DNA of 64,000 nucleotides from Octopus sinensis (lineage: Eukaryota): the NCBI RefSeq assembly GCF_006345805.1, contig NC_042997.1, forward strand, positions 140,430,001 to 140,494,000, in the 5' to 3' direction. The notes beneath the pieces are model-generated. The model did not search any database and had not been told where the DNA came from. It saw only the letters and a program-made list of their open reading frames with translations. The number at the start of each line of letters is the position of its first letter. Position 1 is the first letter of the stretch. Shown one piece after another: positions 11,573 through 22,419 of the stretch. The position numbers were made by a program, and so were the translations under genes.

Positions 11573-11618
<46 letters not shown>

Positions 11619-11653
11619 GGTCCCGGGTTGAGTCGGGGTTAACCACAGTAAAT

Positions 11654-11758
11654 AAGGAGCTTCTACAGGACTAGAACTGTTTCATTCAAAAGAAATCATC
11701 AGGAACCTCCTGATGATTTCTTTTGAATGAAACAGTTCTAGTCCTGTAGAAGCTCCTT
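11654..11758. repeat. Perfect 51-bp-arm palindrome of two head-to-head hammerhead motifs (paralog of 8676-8780)
   Basis: Arms 11654-11704 and 11708-11758; CTGATGA at 11710-11716, GAAA at 11729-11732, GUA triplet ending at 11748. Absent from the corresponding SINE microsatellite at ~3640-3670. Confidence 0.8.
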
Positions 11759-11769
11759 CTATAAAATAA

Positions 11770-11812
<43 letters not shown>

Positions 11813-12274
11813 ATATATAATATATATATAATACATATATATATATATATACATATATACGACGGGCTTCTTTCAGTTTCCGTCTACCAAATCCACTCAC
11901 AAGGCTTTGGTCGGCCCGAGGATATAGTAGAAGACACTTGCCCAAGGTGCCACGCAATGGGACTGAACCCGGAACCATGTGGTTCGTAAGCAAGCCACTT
12001 ACCACACAGCCACTCCTACGCCTGTATGTATGTACGTATCTGTTTGCCTACGTATGCACACATATGCAGACGCACACACATGTGCGATTGGCCTCTGTTT
12101 TGTTTTTACATATAGAAGCCAAAAGCGCACAATGCGCACTCGCGTGGAGTCTCTAAGATTGGAATATATACATTAGAAGCTTGTTGCATATCATGTACCA
12201 CGTAGCCATCTTGTCCTTTGCTTCGTCAACTTTTACGATGTCCTGCTGAATGTCGCTGTGTTAAAAGTCCTGGA

Positions 12275-12512
12275 TGTTGTTGTTATATATATATAATGTA
12301 TTGAGTATTAAAGGAAGTAGTGAGTACTTAGTATGAAAGATTAAGAAAATGAGAGAGACTGAAACAACGTGTTAACGATACAAGATACTTTATTCGACTG
12401 CCGTTGTTGTACAAGTTAATTGTTTTGGCGGGAAACAAAGTGAAAGTCCTTTTATCAAGGGAGACAATGGGCGACGTTGATTGTTCATGTTTGTTGTGAT
12501 GATTATATAACA
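12275..12512 (-). repeat. 3' LTR of Gypsy element
   Basis: TGTTGTTG...TATAACA; no differences from 16572-16809 found by eye. Confidence 0.95.
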
Positions 12513-12542
12513 TCTTCATTTTTTTTTTTTTTTTTTTTTTTT
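12513..12542 (-). other. Polypurine tract
   Basis: Minus strand reads (A)n-TGAAGA immediately before the 3' LTR. Confidence 0.75.
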
Positions 12543-12569
12543 AATATCATCTGTATCTACAGGGAATAA

Positions 12570-13711
12570 TTATTCGTCGTCCACTTTTTGTGGTTTTATT
12601 ATTTTGTAGTGTTGAATTCTGTAGTTGTGCTGTTTTGTTTTTTCATGCGTGTTTGTTGACTTTGGAAATATATTTTCATAATCTAATTCTTCTGTTATGC
12701 GAACGTGTTCGTTTGTTTTAAGAATATGTTGTCTATTTCGTTTGACTGTATTTCCTTCCTCTGTTATTACTAAGTATGAACGAGGTTGCTCTAGTTTTTT
12801 AATTATTTTGCCCCTTCTAAACCAATTGTTGTTAAACTTAATTCTAACCGTGTCGTGTGGTTTTAACTCTGGGAGTTCTGTTGTAATGTTTGATTTCTTC
12901 TTTTCGTGAGGCCTGATACCAATTTTGTCGTGTAGTATGTTTGGGAGATTTGTTCGCAATGTTCTATTCATTATTTGATTTGCAGGGGATGGTGCACCAT
13001 TTTGTAATTTAGTCGTGCGCGTAATGCTAAGAGCGCTAACTGAGGTTCTTCGTCACTTTTGAATGCCCTTTTTTAGCGTCTTTTTATTGTCTGTATATTT
13101 CTCTCAACCATGCCATTCGCTTGATGATAATGCGGGCTTGTCTTCGTGTGATGAAAATGCCAATTTTTTGCAAATTTTTTGAATTCAGCCGAATTGAATT
13201 CTGGACCGTTGTCACTTACAACTGTTTGCGGAATTCCGAATTTAGCAAAAGTTTCTTTTAATTTTTTGATTACGGTTTTTGACTGGCAATCATTTATTTC
13301 GTGTAGATCAAAAAATCTTGTTGTATAGTCAATAATTGTGACATACGAATTTCCAGACAGGTGAAATACGTCTGTACCCACTTTGGTCCATGGTGTAGTA
13401 GGTATTTCATGATTTATTAGTGGTTCGGCTGCTTGTTGATTTTTGTAGTCAATGCAGTATGAGCATGTGTTAATCATGTCTTTGATTTGAGCGTTAATGC
13501 CGGGCCAGTATATACATTCCTTCGCTCTCTCTATGCATTTTTCGATACCCATGTGTCCGGTATGTATTTCCTGTAGAGCTTCTCTACGTAATGACTTAGG
13601 TACAATTATTCTTGAACCTTTTAGAACGAGACCATTGACGATTGATATTTCATCACGAACGGAGACGAATGGTTTGATGTGTTTATTGGTATTTTGTCTT
13701 TTGGGGGCCAT
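12570..13711 (-). CDS. Gypsy integrase (HHCC + DDE core + C-terminal tail), interrupted by small indels
   Basis: HTGHMGIEKC...CSYC zinc finger; VGTDVF, VVSDNGPEF and ANGMVERN catalytic motifs; frame breaks near 13690 and 13000-13090. Confidence 0.9.
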
Positions 13712-16494
13712 TCTGTTCTTGTATATGTGACGAGTGTCTGTAGAGACGGGTCGTCTGCAGTGGCTTCTTTATACTCTTTTAATTTAGTGTCGGTTATGGG
13801 GTAATTTTTTATTACTGCATGAATGTGCGATTTCATATCTTCGTCTGGTACTTCTGGAGTATTTTGCTCAAGGTATGCACGTGATAGGGTATCTGCAACA
13901 ATCGATTCTTTACCAGGTATGTGGTTTAGGTCAAAATCATATCTTTGTAATGTTAGTAGAAATCTTTGGATTCTGGGGGGGCATTTAGTGATCGATTTTT
14001 TGAATATTTGCTTCAACGGTTTATGGTCATTTTCGATTCTGAAATGAGTTCCGTATATAAACTGATGAAATTTCTTGCATGCGAAAACTATACTGAGAGC
14101 TTCGCTCTCTATCGGACAGTAGTTTTGTTCCGCTTGAGTTGTTGCACGAGATGCAAACGAAACAGGTAGCCATCTTTCGTTGTGTTTCTGCTCAAGTATC
14201 GCTCCGAGCCCATGCTTACTAGCATCTGTAGTTATTTTTATTGGTAGATCTGGATCATAAAATTGTAGCACTGGTTTTCTGGTAATCATTTCTTTTAGCT
14301 TTTTTATTGCTTCGATTTGTGGTTTGTCGAATGACCATAACGTGTCACTCTGTAGAAGCTGGCGCAATGGTGCTGTGACTTCGGAGTAATTATATAAAAA
14401 TTTACATAGGTAATTTGTCATACCTAGGAATCTTTGTAATTCTTTTTTACTTGTTGGCAGTGGCATGTGAATGATTGCTTGTACCTTGGTTGGATCTTGT
14501 TTTATCCCTTCGCTGGTTAATATATGCCCAAGGTACTTGATTTGTGATTCATAGACGATACACTTTGATTTATTTAACTTTAATCCGTGCTTTCGGATTC
14601 GATCGAAAACTTGTTGTAGTCTATTTGTGTGTTCTTCTAAAGTGTTGGACCAGATTATGATGTCATCCTGTGAATTTCTTGCTCCTTCTATGCCCTCTAT
14701 TATTTTTGAAATTTCTTTTTGGAAAACTTCACTGGCGCTGTGAATTCCAAAGGGTAGTCGTGTGAAGCGATACCTTCCAAAAGGTGTGTTGAACGTTAAA
14801 AGATGGGAGCTTTCTTCGTCAACTGGAATTTGCCAGTATCCATTAGATGCATCGAGTTTTGAAAAATATTTAGGGTTATGCATTTGTGCAAAAATGTCCT
14901 CCGCTGTAGGGAGTTTGAAATGTTGCCTTTTTATGGCTTTGTTTAGATTCTTGGGGTCTAAACAGAGTCGGAGTTTTCCGTTGGCTTTTTCAACGATGAC
15001 TAGGGAATTTACCCAGTCTGTAGGTTCACTAACAGGTTTTATGATATCTAATTCTGTCATTCTTTTTAATTCTTTGTTGAGTTTTTCTTTTATAGAAAAA
15101 GGAACCGATCTTGGTGGATGAATTACAGGAGTTATTTGTGGATCCACTGTGATATGATGTGTTATTGACAAAGTGCCGATTTCTCCGAAACAGTCTTCAT
15201 ATTTTTCTAATATGGCGTTTGTGTTCGACGAATTTATTTTTGAAATTCTCTGAATCAGGTTCAGATCTTTAGCTGTCTTTGCATCTATAACTGCGTGCGA
15301 GTTTGTTTTTGCAACAATGAATTTTATTTGCTTTGATAATTCTTTGTATTTAATGACTGCTGTGCATTTTCCTAGCACTTTTATAGCTGTGTTATTATAA
15401 GCTGATAATCGAGTTGAAGTTTTTTGCAGTTGTGGTTTTGGAATTATATTTCTATATTCTCTGAATGGCAGTACGGTTACGTCTGCTCCTGTATCTATTT
15501 TGAATGTTACATTCGAGTTGTTCACTTTTAGTTCGACCGTCCAAATGTCTTTTGGAGTCTTGAACTTTTCGATTTTGTGCACGCGGGAATTATTTGCAGT
15601 GATCATTTCGAGTGCATGTGTATCGTCATCTGATTCATCGTCGGTATGTATCTCTACTTTATGTACAAATTTTCTTGATTTGCACATTTTTGCATAGTGT
15701 CCTTGTTTCTTGCATTTTTCACATGTCTTGTGAAATGCTGGGCATTTATTTCTTTTGTGATTATAACCACAATAGTGACAGTTAGTGACGTAGTGTTGAC
15801 TTGGCGCTTGAAACTTCGCGGGCTTTCTGTCACTTCCGCCTTGTTCGTTTTGATGTCTGGATTGCATATGGCGGGTTATTTGAGTTTTGGCGCCTTTTCT
15901 GTCGTGTTGACTATATACCCTCGAGATTTCGTTATCTCTTGTTTCGGATGTGGCATTTAGTATCCTTGATTGGAGTCGTGTTTGCTCTGCACTCTGACCT
16001 GCTTGAATTGTTTTTTGTAGGTCTAAATTTGGTTCTCTCAATAATCTTTCTCTTAATCTCATGTCTCTGATTCCACATATCAGAATATCTTTGGTGAGAC
16101 TGTCTGTGAGGTTGCCGAATTCGCACTGTTGTGCCTTTTGGCGCAACTCTACTACGTACTCATCGAATTTTTGATGTTCCGCTTGTCCACATGTGAAGAA
16201 TTTGTGTCTTAGGAAAGTTATGTTTTTCCTGGGTTCACAAAATGCATCGAATTTTTCGATTACTGTCTGAAGGTTCATTTCTTCGTCGGGTGAATCGAAA
16301 TCCAGTGTGGAATGGATATCTCGGCCTTTAGAACCGATGCAAGTTAAAAACATTGAAGTTTTTACTTTGTCTGGCTTCATGTCACTTTCTGTTGCTATCA
16401 AAAAGAGATTGAATTCTTTTTTCCACTTTTTCCATGCTGCGGCTAGATTTTCCTGATTAAAGTCTAGGTCTTTTGGATGCGGTAAATTTTCCAT
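13621..16494 (-). CDS. Gag-Pol polyprotein (Gag, protease, RT, RNase H)
   Basis: Twin zinc knuckles CHYCGYNH...C / CEKCKKQGHYAKMC, protease KIDTGAD, RT SKLDASNGYWQ and QDDII, RNase H TTDASKHGLGA. First ATG (MENLP) at 16494. Confidence 0.95.
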   Translation of the reverse strand: MENLPHPKDLDFNQENLAAAWKKWKKEFNLFLIATESDMKPDKVKTSMFLTCIGSKGRDIHSTLDFDSPDEEMNLQTVIEKFDAFCEPRKNITFLRHKFFTCGQAEHQKFDEYVVELRQKAQQCEFGNLTDSLTKDILICGIRDMRLRERLLREPNLDLQKTIQAGQSAEQTRLQSRILNATSETRDNEISRVYSQHDRKGAKTQITRHMQSRHQNEQGGSDRKPAKFQAPSQHYVTNCHYCGYNHKRNKCPAFHKTCEKCKKQGHYAKMCKSRKFVHKVEIHTDDESDDDTHALEMITANNSRVHKIEKFKTPKDIWTVELKVNNSNVTFKIDTGADVTVLPFREYRNIIPKPQLQKTSTRLSAYNNTAIKVLGKCTAVIKYKELSKQIKFIVAKTNSHAVIDAKTAKDLNLIQRISKINSSNTNAILEKYEDCFGEIGTLSITHHITVDPQITPVIHPPRSVPFSIKEKLNKELKRMTELDIIKPVSEPTDWVNSLVIVEKANGKLRLCLDPKNLNKAIKRQHFKLPTAEDIFAQMHNPKYFSKLDASNGYWQIPVDEESSHLLTFNTPFGRYRFTRLPFGIHSASEVFQKEISKIIEGIEGARNSQDDIIIWSNTLEEHTNRLQQVFDRIRKHGLKLNKSKCIVYESQIKYLGHILTSEGIKQDPTKVQAIIHMPLPTSKKELQRFLGMTNYLCKFLYNYSEVTAPLRQLLQSDTLWSFDKPQIEAIKKLKEMITRKPVLQFYDPDLPIKITTDASKHGLGAILEQKHNERWLPVSFASRATTQAEQNYCPIESEALSIVFACKKFHQFIYGTHFRIENDHKPLKQIFKKSITKCPPRIQRFLLTLQRYDFDLNHIPGKESIVADTLSRAYLEQNTPEVPDEDMKSHIHAVIKNYPITDTKLKEYKEATADDPSLQTLVTYTRTEWPPKDKIPINTSNHSSPFVMKYQSSMVSF

Positions 16495-16560
16495 TTCGTC
16501 TTTGAAGTATGATTTCAACTTCTTTTTTCCTTTGGTTCTGTATTTTGGGTTCTTTTAGTA

Positions 16561-16571
16561 TTCTGACACCA
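16561..16571 (-). promoter_or_regulatory. Primer binding site, tRNA-Leu(CAA)-like
   Basis: TGGTGTCAGAA directly after the 5' LTR, complementary to the UUCUGACACCA 3' end typical of animal tRNA-Leu(CAA). Confidence 0.7.
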
Positions 16572-16809
16572 TGTTGTTGTTATATATATATAATGTATTG
16601 AGTATTAAAGGAAGTAGTGAGTACTTAGTATGAAAGATTAAGAAAATGAGAGAGACTGAAACAACGTGTTAACGATACAAGATACTTTATTCGACTGCCG
16701 TTGTTGTACAAGTTAATTGTTTTGGCGGGAAACAAAGTGAAAGTCCTTTTATCAAGGGAGACAATGGGCGACGTTGATTGTTCATGTTTGTTGTGATGAT
16801 TATATAACA
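16572..16809 (-). repeat. 5' LTR of Gypsy element
   Basis: 238 bp; reads identical to 12275-12512. Confidence 0.95.
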
Positions 16810-18329
16810 CTGGACAGAGGCATGAATTACATTACGGGCCAACGAATGTCTCTGGGTGGTTCAGCTACTTGTTAGAAATAATACTCCAATCTCCTTCAAA
16901 TCACATCATATATAAGGATAGGACACAAAGGGTAATGAAGTCAAACATACCCTTAAAAATGATGAGATGGTCATTGCTGAAGTATTTTTGATCATAGGTC
17001 TGCTTGTTTGATAAAATAAAGTCACAGTCAAGTATTGGGGTCGGGCCAATGAAATCGCCTTGCTCCCTCCTCTGAAAATCTCTGGTGTGCGTCTAAATCA
17101 GATTCTATTATCATCCGGAATATCGTCAGCTGCTTACGGCCTTCTTCCAGTCACGCAATGCAGTCAGTGGAAGTCACACTTTGATATTCTATAGAAGGTT
17201 GGTAGTGGGCAATAATAACGACGTTCTCGAGAAAACTTTGGAGGTTAACGAAAATCAACCAGCTGGTCTGTTCCGAAGGACTTTTGGGCCGGGGCCCACG
17301 GATAATTTCCGGAAAACACTGACCTAGCAGTGCTACCGGATGGCTTTATCGGTCTAAGATAAACTCTACTTGTACGGAGGTGCCGTAGCCAGGCCTGTTT
17401 GAGATGCGCATAGAGCGATGAAGCTGTTCTGCTCGCACTAATCCAATGCCCGAGCATTACTGCTTTGTGGAGTTATGACGAACAGATACTCTCATGTATA
17501 GAGCGATTCCGAGTCTGTTCTGAGGATCGTTCCGCCGCTTTTTCTTTATGGTTATGAAAGGCAAGCAAAGTTTATCTGCCTGGTGGCTTAGCGAAAGGGG
17601 TTGTGTGGTGGTCTAGATTGGAAAGGCAAAAAAACAAAACAAAAAAAACCACCTTCCTCTTAGGTCAAGCTCAAGTTTTACTCGAAAGGGTAAGTGAGGG
17701 TGGAGAAGGAAGTGCTACTTCACAGCAAATCTGCTAACGGGTGGATGTGAGTGGTGTGCATGGTCCGAGTGAACAGGCCTGCTCTGAACATGAACTTGTA
17801 GATTGCAGAAGGACAATTGGTAAGGGCACTTGTTCACGATGACTGTGGTTTTAAGAAGTTCCCACGAGTAGCCCTTGGAGGTTTCCTGTTTGGGTGAAAT
17901 TATGCTTTTTGAATATTTTCCTCTTTGTTTTTGGTATTTATTTTTTTACACGCTCTTTTATGTAATCCCTTGCAAAATCGTCCTCTACCATCTTTAATGT
18001 TTTTGTCAATCCTTAGTTGCTAATAAAGAAAATATTGAGAGAGGGCTTGTACTTTTGATGATCAGGGTAATCTTGGATCTGTGGGTACTAACTGGAGTTT
18101 CTCCTATCTTATCTTAGACCGATTAAGCCTTCCGGTAGCACTGTTAGGTCAGTGCTTTCTGGAAATTATCCGTGGGCCCGGTCCAAAAGTCCTTCGGAAC
18201 ATATTACATACTTTATATATTTTGTGTACTTTTATCACATTCACTACCTTTCCCATTTCTTTCTCCCCCACTATATATGTAAATTCCCTCACAAATTGTT
18301 ATCTGTTCATATGATGCCCCTTATTATTA

Positions 18330-18402
<73 letters not shown>

Positions 18403-18489
18403 TAGTTTTATTTTTATAGCGTGCTTTCACTTCACTACCGAGCGCAGCTCTGTGGGTATGTGCTGTGATTTGTTGTGATGCTCCGATGG

Positions 18490-19080
18490 TTATTGTATGG
18501 AAAGTGTTCTGCGTAGGATGTGTGCAGTGCCTAGTAGTGCAATTTTCTGTATGTTATATGTGTTTGTAAGTCCTGGTGTTTTTGTTATGTATTTGTCTGA
18601 ATATTTTTTTATCATGCCTAATGCACCTACTATGATAGGAATTGTTTCTGTTTTCAGGTTCCACATTCTAGTTACCTCTATTTCCAGGTCTTTGTATTTT
18701 GAGAGTTTCTCCATTTCTTTTAGAGACACGTTGTCATCTGCCGGTATTGATACATCAATTAGAAAGCATTTTTTTTCTTCATGATCTCTGACAACTATAT
18801 CTGGTCTGTTGGCCTTAATTTCTCTATCTGTGTGTATCGGCATATCCCAGAGTATGGTTGCTTTCTCGTTTTCTGTGACCTTTTCTGGTGTGTGCCTATA
18901 CCATCTTTTTCTGTTGTTATTCCATAATGTTGGCATAGCTTCCAATGTATGTAGGTTCCAACTCTGTCATGTCTGTGAATATATTCCTTCTTAGCCAGGA
19001 CTGGGCAGCTAGAGAATATGATTTATTGTTTCTTGTCCATCTCCACATATTCTGCAGTTACTTGTAATATTTCTTTTCAT
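18490..19080 (-). CDS. CCHC zinc knuckle + restriction-like endonuclease of the R4/Dong ORF (frameshifted)
   Basis: CRICGDGQETINHI.SSCPVLAKKEYIHRHDRV, then RPDIVVRD..KKCFLIDVSIP...EKLSKY. Confidence 0.9.
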
Positions 19081-19707
19081 TACATGTTTTTGGTAATTTC
19101 TGGTGGGGAGGCTTTGGTCTTGTGCTGCAATTAAAAATCCCTCTGTTTCTGCTTTGAGTCCTGAGCTTCTCAACCATTGCTGGGATTTTCTTTGTCTATT
19201 TCTTTTGCGTTTAGTTTAGTTAGTCCAGTATTTACCATGAAGGGGCTTTTCTTGCCATCGTTTTATCATGGCTCGTTGCTGTTCTATTTTAGTTTGGATT
19301 TCATTTGTTTTATAGCTTTGTTGTTTCTTCATCATCTTCTTCTTCTTCTTTGTGTTTATTAGGTGGTATGATTTCTTGTTTGTATTTGTCAGCTTCCTTA
19401 AATACTGAGAACAGTTTTTTGTTTTGCTCGTGTTTCGCCGCTATCTGGATCAGTTTTCCTTCCTTCTGAAGTAGGTATTTTTGAAGTCCTATGGTGGTTA
19501 TTTATAGTAATTTTCCAGCTGTATAAGGCCTCTACCACCTTCTATACGTGTATATATAGTCTTTCTATGTCAGATTTTGGGTGATGCATCCTAGATCCTG
19601 TCAGTATTGTTCTTGTTTTCCTATCTATTTGGACAGTTCATTTCGTGTCCAGTCAAGGATATTGTAGCTGTAACTTATAACTGGGACAGCTAAAGTGTTG
19701 ATACCTA

Positions 19708-20631
19708 TTATCTTGTTTTAGCATTGAGCTCTGTTTTTAGTATTGATCTAACTCGTCTATAATATTCTTTTTTTATTTTCTCTTTCATTTGTGTGTGTTG
19801 TGTCTTATCTAGTTCATGGATTCCTAAGTATTTGTAAGTTTGGCTTTGGTCTAATTCTTTTATTTCATTGGTTTTATCTAGTGTGATGTTGTTACTCTTA
19901 ACTAGTTTTCCTCTTTTCATGGTTACTTTGGCGCATTTTTCTAATCCAAATTTCATATCTATTTCTTTGGTAAATCCATGAACTGTCTTTAGTAGTGTTT
20001 CCAGCTGTTTGTCATTTGCAGCGTATAGTTTTAGGTCATCCATATATAAAAGGTGGCTGATCGTTTTGCCGTAACATTTATATCCGCATCCAGTTCTATT
20101 TAGCATATCAGATAGAGGTGACAGTGCCAAGCAGAAAAGGAGTGGAGAGAGCGTGTCTCCCTGGAATATTCCTCTTCTAATGGGGATGTCTTTGGTTTTC
20201 ATGAGTCCCTCTTTTGTTTGGAGGTGTAGGACTGTTTGCCATTTATTCATAGAGTGCTCTATGAATTTTATGATTGTTGGTGCTACTTTGTTAATGGCTA
20301 GTGTTTCGAGGATCCATGTGTGGGGGATGCTATCAAACGCCTTTTTGTAGTCAATCCAGGCCATACTGAGGCCTTTCTTCTTTCTGTGGCTGTCTTCAGT
20401 TACGGCTTTATTAATCATTAGTTGATCTTTACAGCCATATGAGCCCTTGCGGCATCCTTTCTGCTCTTCTGGGAACAGTTTGTTTTCGTCCAGGTGCTTG
20501 TTCAGCCTTTGCGATATCACTGCAGTAAATGCCTTGAACATAGTAGGGAGGCAGGTTATTGGTCTGTAGTTTTCTGGTTTTGTTGTTTCATTTGATTTGG
20601 GAATTAAGATGGTTTCCCCTTCGTGAGCCAT
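19708..20631 (-). CDS. Reverse transcriptase domain of the R4/Dong ORF
   Basis: ENYRPITCL, EEQKGCR, WIDYKKAFDS, RGIFQGDTLSP, HLLYMDDLKL, YKYLG motifs. Confidence 0.95.
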   Translation of the reverse strand: MAHEGETILIPKSNETTKPENYRPITCLPTMFKAFTAVISQRLNKHLDENKLFPEEQKGCRKGSYGCKDQLMINKAVTEDSHRKKKGLSMAWIDYKKAFDSIPHTWILETLAINKVAPTIIKFIEHSMNKWQTVLHLQTKEGLMKTKDIPIRRGIFQGDTLSPLLFCLALSPLSDMLNRTGCGYKCYGKTISHLLYMDDLKLYAANDKQLETLLKTVHGFTKEIDMKFGLEKCAKVTMKRGKLVKSNNITLDKTNEIKELDQSQTYKYLGIHELDKTQHTQMKEKIKKEYYRRVRSILKTELNAKTR

Positions 20632-22130
20632 TCAGGCATTGTCTCTGGCTCTGCTAGTATGCTGTTAAAGTTTTCAGCCAGCTTTTTGTGCATTCCTGTT
20701 AGATATTTCAACCAGAAGTTGGGGATCTTGTCATGCCCAGGTGCCTTCCAGTTGCTTAGTTTTTGCAGTGCCTGGGTGACCTCTTCAGTTGTTATGGGGG
20801 TCCAAAGTTGTTCAGATGCCGAGTTTGTTATTTTCATACTCTTTTTTTTTGGCTGTTCGTTCGCCGACCATATTTCTCTCCAGAATTCTTCCAATTCTTC
20901 TGCCGTTGGTGCTGCAGTGACTTCTATTTTATTTTTGCCCAGTTCTTGGTAGAACTTTTTGGGGTCGGAGTTGAACTTTTTGTTCTGTTCAAAGAAGCAT
21001 TGGCGTTTCTCGTACCGGCGGATCCTTTGAGCTTTGGCAAGGATATCTTGCTTCAGCTTTTCTTTTATCTCCGGCAAATCTTTTTCTGTGTGATGTTATA
21101 TTTGCGGAGCACTTTTGTTCTCTTTTTGTTGCTCAGTAGCGTTGCTTGTTTGCTGATTTCATTAAGAATCGACAGGTCTTTTCTAATTTTTTAAATTTTT
21201 TGTTTGGATGTTATTTATCCACAGGGTTTGTTTGGGTGGTGGTACTCCTGTTTGGGCGGGTTTGGGTGAGTATCCAGCTTCTTTTGTGGCCTGCAGTGGC
21301 TGCTGCGTATATCAAGTCATTTAGTTCAGTGATATCACTTTTTTTGTTTCAGTGGCTAGTTTAGTGACGGCTAGGTTTATGTTGTTTATAATTGGTGTTG
21401 TTATTGCGTTTATTTTTATTCTTGGGAGGTATGGTCGGTGGTCCATTTTGGGCTCTGTGGTTTTCAGTTCTTTGATTATTTTATTTTTTATATTATCATA
21501 ATCATTAGGCTCCCCTTCGTTGTTTACATCGTGTTTGTTGGGGATGTTGCGTTTGTCTTCGTGTTTTACAGTTTCAGTGTTTATATTATTGGGCATTGTT
21601 GTGTGGCTTCTATCTACATTTTCCTGGTATATTTTTTCTTTTAAATGTTCTATTTCTATTTCTGATATTTTTTTGGCTTTGAGAATGTATCTTCGTACGT
21701 TAGCTAATTTATTAGGGTTCATTGCTGTATCCAAGTCTATATCTCTATTATTTTCCTTCCATATTTTATATGTATGTGTTGTTGTATTTTCATTTTGTGG
21801 GTAGAGCATTGCTGTGAAGTATGCGTGTAAGATAGAAATGTATTCCTCACGTGTCCATTTACGTCTTTTGGGTTTTAATTGCGGGACATGAGGTACAACC
21901 TCCGGCCCATTATTTTAACGGTCGTCATTTTCGTAGGGTACCGGTCCGTTTATTTCTGTTGTCACATTATTTCGCACGTGTAGTTTTTCGTACATTTTTT
22001 GTTGTAGGTTTAATGTACGTACCGCTCGATTGTTATTCTTGGGTTGAATAGTATCGGTGGCATTTAATTTCTTCGTAGTTCCTTTGTACATGGTGTTTGA
22101 GGTCGGGGGGATGATCGTGTTGTTCCACGC
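20604..22130 (-). pseudogene. N-terminal part of the R4/Dong ORF, broken by several single-base indels
   Basis: Fragments KRRKWTREEYISILHAYF...KLANVRRYI (~21870-21321) and KAQRIRRYEKR...NWKAPGHDKI (21077-20623). Confidence 0.75.
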
Positions 22131-22359
22131 ATGTTTACATGTGTTGTGTTAGAGGTGGAGATAATATCGAGTCAAAATGCATCATTTCGTTTCGAAAATA
22201 GTAATAATTTCAATTAGTATTACTTACTCGGATATATAGTCCAATTCTTTGTTAGTAAATCTTTGGCTCCATAGGGTGTCCTTGTTTTCGATGTTTGTGG
22301 ATAGATTTCGGAGCTCTGTATTTTCCTTCTTACATCTTAAACGTCCCCGGTGTCTTCCC

Positions 22360-22419
<60 letters not shown>

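Larger units (their letters stand above)
12275..16809 (-). mobile_element. Full-length Ty3/Gypsy (Mag-like) LTR retrotransposon, 4535 bp
   Basis: Two 238-bp TG...CA LTRs, 5-bp TSD CTGGA (12270-12274 and 16810-16814), PBS, PPT, and gag-PR-RT-RH-IN order. Confidence 0.97.
18400..22356 (-). mobile_element. Full-length R4/Dong-clade RLE non-LTR retrotransposon inserted in (AAT)n
   Basis: Single-ORF layout: N-terminal KRRKWTREEY domain, RT, CCHC, PD..D endonuclease. Flanked on both sides by (AAT)n; empty site at ~1607-1683. Confidence 0.9.
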
